A DNA stretch of 64,000 nucleotides from Podarcis liolepis (Eukaryota): the NCBI GenBank assembly GCA_965112155.1, contig OZ218105.1. The stretch is one strand, 5' to 3'. A model generated the notes under the pieces. That model was not told where the DNA came from. It was given only the letters and a program-made list of their open reading frames with translations, and did not search any database. Positions 59,201-64,000 of this stretch are shown here, piece by piece. Each line of letters begins with the position of its first letter. Positions within the stretch are counted from its first letter, which is position 1. A program made the position numbers and the translations under genes.

Positions 59201-62200
59201 GCACCACTTTAGCTAATGGGTCCTCCTGCCGCCGCCGTGCCGCTGGAGCACGATTTCTGTTCTCATCCTGAAGCAAACTTCTTAACCTGAAGCGGAGTGT
59301 GTAACCTGAAGCATATATAACCTGAAGCGTATGTAACCCGAGGTACCACTGTACTACAACAAAAAGTCCAGAGTCCTGTAATAAAACATTTAGCCTACAG
59401 AAGCACATAATGCAATACGCTTGCTAAAGTGGTGGTTTGTTTTGGTGGAGGCAAAGGGAATAATTAAATTCCACACTCATGATTTTGGTTGCTGCTAAGA
59501 AGGCTGGGATAAAAATCAATGGTCTCCATGCCCCCATACCCTATGAAGATCACTGTGCTGCATCATGACTGTCTATCACATGACTATCTCCATCCTGTCT
59601 TAAAGGGCTAGTAGGCTTTTGAAATTATTACTTTGAACCACAGAAACTGAAATCAACCCATAGAAAATAAGGAAAGTCAAAGTAGTAGGTTTTTAAATAT
59701 CTAAATATTGCATGGAGCACAATGTTTTCATGCTCATAATTGCCTTGCTCTGCACAGCAATGCAGGCTATGGAGCCAGCTACGCCTCTTTCTCAGTTGTG
59801 AGAACAGATCTGCCCAGAAAAGGCAGAACAATTCCAGAGCACCTATTGCTGATATACAGTGGGAAACCCATCCACAAACCTATCCCACCCCATGTGAAAG
59901 GCCAGTAGTCTTCAGGCAAAAGGAACATGGAGCAAATTAGGCGCACAGCCTAAAATTACAACAGTCAGCCACATTTCCCTCTCATAACGCTGGTGGCTTT
60001 ATGTGCAACTCAAATATGCCATTTGCGGCCTAAGACCAAGACACCGGACATCACAGTGAAGGGAACAACCACGGCGAATAGGAAAGTGGCACCATCTTTT
60101 TAAAAAAAAATCCCACATGCTTAATCTCCAACAACATAATACTCAGTCCTAGTAATAGTTATTAGTAGCATTCCATAATGTTAATTGGCAAGATTCTTAT
60201 TAGCAAGATAATGATTACCTCACCTTGACTGTACTGCAGTGTAGTCCCTTTGCCATAAGGATGTAGACCAAATCCCTGGTCAAATTATCTTTGATCCCTA
60301 GGATTACATTGCCGTAAACATTTGGCACTTCCCACTAAGAAAAAGCAACAACACAGAAATCAATAACTGTAATATAGCTCAGATTTAAAGAAGTTGCCAT
60401 ATTTTTCCATGTATTAGACAAGGTTTTTTGACTCAAGAATCATGTCAAAAAACTGGGGTTGTCCTATACATGGATAGTGGCTTGGGGGGGAAGCTGCGCG
60501 CAGCCAGCCAGCTGGTTGGTGGGCACGCAATTCCTTACCCCATGCCGCTGTGGGAGGCGCACACTCTAGGGAGCTTACCACCTGCAGTGGTGTGTGGGGA
60601 GCGGCTGCCCACTTTTGCAAAAACCTAGCAACGGCCCTGCTGGGGTGATGGTGCTCATGCAATTCCCCCTAAAAAAAAGTTCAACAACTTTGGGCCATCT
60701 CCCCTAATTTTCTTTAAATTTAGTCCCCAATAGTAGGGGCCATCTTATACATGGGGGTGTCTTACACACAGAAAATTAAGGTAGTCAAAAATTAAAAGTA
60801 CCTTGTTAGAAACTGTCCAGAACTGGCGTTCTGATGTCATGCCATGCAATTCAATTAAAATTTGGCGGATCCTCCAGGGATCGGCTGATAATATAAGCTG
60901 ATGTTCAAGCTGACCAATATTCACACTTGCTGAGGCTGGAAGAGAAAGTATCACGGAGGTCAATGAGCAATTTATTATATTGAGTTTTCCTTGAACCAAG
61001 CTATAACTAACTGGAGGCAACAGACAAAAGATTGACATTTTTAAGAAAAGATGGATCAACTAAAGATACTTTTATTTTACACCAAAATGAAATCACTTTA
61101 ATTAATGCTATCCACCATATAGAAGTTTGAATGTACAGTGCTAATGTCATTGCCATACGTAGACACAGACATACACAGGAAGCTTCAGGGGGCATCAAGA
61201 CTCTTTGTAGTCATAGCCCTCAGGACACATTAATTTTGGATTCCCTAAAAATGTTACACTTCTGTACCTACCACCCACACATCCACACTGTGTTTGGTCA
61301 TCCTTTTCAAGACAGGGAAAATGAAAATTCTGCATTGGGTTACAACAATAAACGAATAGACTCTTGGGCTCGATAAATAGTCTCAAAGAGAATCTCTGTC
61401 TCAGAAATACGGCATGACAGCAATATCCCACTGTTTCACATAATGCCCAAGATGATGCCTCTTTCCTGCTCTAAGCTCTCCAACTCAACTCCCAAGTAAA
61501 TATGGGTCATCCTAGCTGCAGCTCAGAAAGCCATGTAAGTCCAATTCTGTGCCTCCCTGAATTAAGCTGGGAAGGCAAGCAGAAAGATCTCTTTCCTGCT
61601 CCCAGGAGCACCTTGAGAGATTGTATGCTTGGTTCTACCACTCTCATTTCTGCCCTGAAGGGCCAGTAGCCCTTAAAGCAAAAGACAATAGCACCATCTT
61701 CACAACCTAGCACCGGCTAGTCCCATTATCTTAACTCTTTCAAGCCAGAGCGCAGCAAGCAACAGTACTCTACTGGCTACAGGTGTGCAGTTTAGATTTT
61801 TCACTCAGATGCTTGCCAGGGAGATAACTATCGCAGATTGAGTAGTGAACTGCAGGCCTGTTGATATCCCATATTGAGCTGGAACCCTTAGCACCTGGTA
61901 GTCAGAAGTGCATGGCTTCTGAATATGCAGGTTGCAATGTTAGCCATCTATGATGGCTAACAGGAATTTACAATAACTGCCAAAACACATACTATAGCAA
62001 CTTGTTGCATAAGCCGATTACTTCTTTGCACAGGGCTTAACTTACTGCAGGACTGTCATTTGTCTTCAGAAAAAAAGCTATCAAGGAATATTTTAGGGGG
62101 GGGGGAATAACCTGGAATATCATAAAATGAAGTTATAGGCTTAGTGCCTAAGTTGACTCGAGGCGACCTTTTCCTCATTTGATCAATAAGCAGCTTTCGT

Positions 62201-63859
62201 TCATCATCTTTCAGCAACGCTATGAAGAGCTCGTGGGAGGAAATCATGAAGACAAGTTGGAGGTCTTCCAAACCCAAACAGAGATTTCTGTAAAAAACAA
62301 TCAAAGGTCTCATTAAGTAAAGATTAGCAGAAAGAGAAATTGCAGCACTTTGTGTAGTTTGTAGTGGCATGACATTTGGAATATACATTCAAAGATGTTT
62401 TTAAACAAGGGGCTATTTACTAATCACTGCGTTTACAGTGAATCATGCCAGGTGTCCAACTGACCACATGAGAAAGGTAGTTGTTGAGACACTGGTGTCT
62501 TGTGTAGCAACGGCTAAGGAAATCAGCAGGTCTTAATTACAACTGCCTTTTGAATCACCTACCTAGAGTGGATCATGGCAATGAACAAAAAGCATTCTAC
62601 GTAAGAGTTATTTAGCTTAGGTTTGACCACAAATTACACCAGCAGTTATCACCCCACCTTTTAGAAGTGGCACATGTGGGAATTTGTTGAAGCTGAGAAA
62701 ACGTCTGAGGCCTATTTAGCTTACAGACAAACACTATTATGTTGTTTCTTCCTTGGTACCAATGATATCTTAGGACCTGATATACTTAGCACTTAACAAC
62801 TTCCCTGAATGAAAGATACTAATCAACTTTTTAAGGAGGACTGCAAGTAATCTAATATTGCATACTTACTTCAGAAAATAGGCCATTTTCCTTTTTGAGG
62901 ATTCTGAAGCACTTTCTACTTGTATTGATTTTGAACATACCTGCAAAGTTGAAATACTGAATTGAGCTTTAGTGAAAAATTAAGTAAGCTTAAAACAAAA
63001 ACAAAAGCACACACATTTAATTGTTTTTTCATATTGTGTATACTCCTTCAGAAAATAGACATTTTCATAAGCTCCCTCAAAAGAGTATGCAAAAGAGGAG
63101 TAATAAAGATAGCATGCTAGCCACTGAGGAAAAAAACATTCTAACAACAGCGATATGAAATGTTATAAGATCCTAGATGGATTTAGTGGTTCATGAGTAC
63201 AGCACCTCTACACAAATGCAGCCCTGCATGCTACTGAATGTCTGAATCAACCCCATGAAAGAGCAGATTTTACCTGAAGTAGTTGTCAAGGCAGACTTGA
63301 AGCTAGCCAGCAGATAACCTTTTCACATTCATAACATTAGTTCATTTGGGTGAGGGCAATCTGAAAACATACTGTGTATTGTGGCTTCCATATGCTGGTT
63401 GTATACCTTCTGAAGCAGTTAAGTGTATACACTCAATTGTCTGATAACTCTAACCAATAATTACATGGTAAGGAGATGTATCTAGTCAACCAATCTGCTA
63501 CCCAATACCGTAACTGAACGGCTAATGATTTCATAGCCACAAAACTAAGCAACACATATTTTAAAAGTTAAGTAGCACCCATTAGTTCAGATGCAACAGT
63601 GAAAAGCATAGCACTTAAAAAGTGCATTAGGATCAATAAGCTGTATTCAGTAGCTTTAAAAAGCAGCTTAGAAAACAGTTTAAGCAGATGTGCCTAAAAC
63701 TGAGGACAATTCCATACCTCTAGGAGAAAGTCTATTTTTTCTTTGGTGGGTCTAAGAAACAGCTGGTTAAAGTGGACACCGACTGGTCGGCCTTGCATTA
63801 CATCACAAACACTGTTGCACACACACACCTTGAAACATATTTCTTCCAAGACATCATTC
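50659..63859 (-). CDS. INTS8: Integrator complex subunit 8, 3' portion (last 18 coding exons, about 622 aa; 5' part lies outside the window)
   Basis: Exons splice in frame to ...LGLEDLQLVFMISSHELF...WPSSIPNLQSVDFEAV...DAMDSYYDYIWDITILEYLTYLHHKRGETDK...AAQRRKKKFLQAMAKLYF*. Confidence 0.96.
50926..50969 (-). CDS. INTS8: INTS8 exon
   Basis: (Y)LHHKRGETDKKQIA. Confidence 0.93.
50970..51289 (-). other. INTS8: U12-type (minor spliceosome) GT-AG intron of INTS8
   Basis: 5' splice site GTATCCTTTT; branch site TTTCCTTAAT about 10 nt before CAG. Confidence 0.9.
51290..51354 (-). CDS. INTS8: INTS8 exon
   Basis: HDAMDSYYDYIWDITILEYLT. Confidence 0.93.
51431..51504 (-). CDS. INTS8: INTS8 exon
   Basis: VAILCQFLREIDYKTAFKALQEQN. 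Confidence 0.93.
51682..51732 (-). CDS. INTS8: INTS8 exon
   Basis: VIKRMIKCCSLLNCHTQ. Confidence 0.93.
52102..52205 (-). CDS. INTS8: INTS8 exon
   Basis: TNQYSAALHYYLQAGAVCSDFFTKMVPPDVYTDQ. Confidence 0.93.
52304..52650 (-). mobile_element. Sauria SINE, near full length
   Basis: Reverse copy; TSD aagacagcagta at 52292-52303 and 52651-52662. Confidence 0.88.
52730..52865. mobile_element. Palindromic hAT MITE
   Basis: caggcttcctcaa...ttgaggaagcctg; TSD gtctagtc/gtctagta. Confidence 0.8.
53170..53249. repeat. Compound (TG)n(AG)n microsatellite
   Basis: About 20 TG units followed by about 19 AG units. Confidence 0.95.
53305..53423 (-). CDS. INTS8: INTS8 exon
   Basis: LQSVDFEAVAVTIKELVSYALTVNSNNHFWLIIQADIYF. 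Confidence 0.93.
53649..54070 (+). mobile_element. Decayed L2-type LINE 3' fragment
   Basis: LQLVQNLAARLLT...HITLILA*LHWLPI...FKVLVLTHKALNG.G..YLKD motif with an in-frame stop. Confidence 0.75.
54700..55130. mobile_element. Tc2/pogo-like non-autonomous element
   Basis: ccataagacgcacctgaccataagacg subterminal repeats; ends aaaaatacgg+TA. Confidence 0.7.
55241..55302 (-). CDS. INTS8: INTS8 exon
   Basis: EDIVNDITAEHISIWPSSIP. Confidence 0.93.
55393..55449 (-). CDS. INTS8: INTS8 exon
   Basis: EPLVLTTILSLFVKLHNVR. Confidence 0.93.
56509..56542 (-). CDS. INTS8: INTS8 micro-exon (34 nt)
   Basis: SELLSFIKKLR; restores frame between neighbouring exons. Confidence 0.88.
56950..57134 (-). CDS. INTS8: INTS8 exon
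   Basis: LGQLLAATCKDLPGPKESRRAAKDLWEVVVQICSV. Confidence 0.93.
57547..58082. mobile_element. Tc2/pogo-like non-autonomous element
   Basis: ccgtatttttcgctcc...ggagcgaaaaatatgg, TA TSD; same ends as 54700 copy. Confidence 0.75.
58293..58414 (-). CDS. INTS8: INTS8 exon
   Basis: IPLRQVVAEECVAFLLNWRENEYL...NPYVK. Confidence 0.93.
58817..59018 (-). CDS. INTS8: INTS8 exon
   Basis: DFVHAKQLFAACLELVTEFSPKLRQVMLNE...RVRGYLEMRVP. Confidence 0.93.
59127..59351. mobile_element. Tigger-like MITE, family A
   Basis: TIRs plus TA TSD. Confidence 0.85.
60224..60334 (-). CDS. INTS8: INTS8 exon
   Basis: WEVPNVYGNVILGIKDNLTRDLVYILMAKGLHCSTVK. Confidence 0.93.
60802..60935 (-). CDS. INTS8: INTS8 exon
   Basis: SASVNIGQLEHQLILSADPWRIRQILIELHGMTSERQFWTVSNK. 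Confidence 0.93.
62112..62287 (-). CDS. INTS8: INTS8 exon
   Basis: NLCLGLEDLQLVFMISSHELF...TSFYDIP. Confidence 0.93.
62870..62940 (-). CDS. INTS8: INTS8 exon
   Basis: VCSKSIQVESASESSKRKMAYFL. Confidence 0.88.
63718..63859 (-). CDS. INTS8: INTS8 exon (most 5' exon within the window)
   Basis: NDVLEEICFKVCVCNSVCDVMQG...KEKIDFLLE|gtatgg. Confidence 0.88.
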
Positions 63860-64000
63860 CTAGAAAAATACGGAAAGTTCACATGCTGTTAGAAGAAAAG
63901 CACATAAAAGGACACAAGGGACAGTTCTTACACTCCAGAATGCAGCTTGACTGCCCAGAAGGGACTACTGCAGAAGCAAGTTTGAGAAAGGTATTGATGA

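Overview
Vertebrate genomic DNA, most likely from a lacertid lizard (inferred from Sauria SINEs and squamate-type MITEs). It holds the TP53INP1 (+) / CCNE2 (+) / INTS8 (-) gene block. TP53INP1 is complete (3 coding exons, 265 aa, CDS 18911-23264). CCNE2 (cyclin E2) is complete (11 coding exons, 399 aa, CDS 36540-49706). The last 18 coding exons of INTS8 (63859->50659) lie tail-to-tail with CCNE2. I assembled all exons by hand from GT-AG boundaries, and they splice in frame. The standout observation is a young 1328-bp non-autonomous hAT-type transposon in CCNE2 intron 3 (37095-38422; perfect 17-bp TIRs, perfect 8-bp TSD). It carries about 1.1 kb of CpG-island DNA from another locus, including the start of the extra-long GNAL (XL-Golf) reading frame ([13 protein letters not shown]) and pointing antisense to CCNE2, i.e. 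a Pack-type gene-capturing element. Other points of interest: an L1-like insertion with a 17-bp TSD and an apparent 5' inversion, a U12-type intron in INTS8, a MITE bearing two E2F sites in the CCNE2 promoter, a p53 element, tandem ATF4-type sites and a uORF at TP53INP1, and poly-Glu expansions in TP53INP1. Gene identities rest on my recall of vertebrate orthologue sequences; no database search was run.
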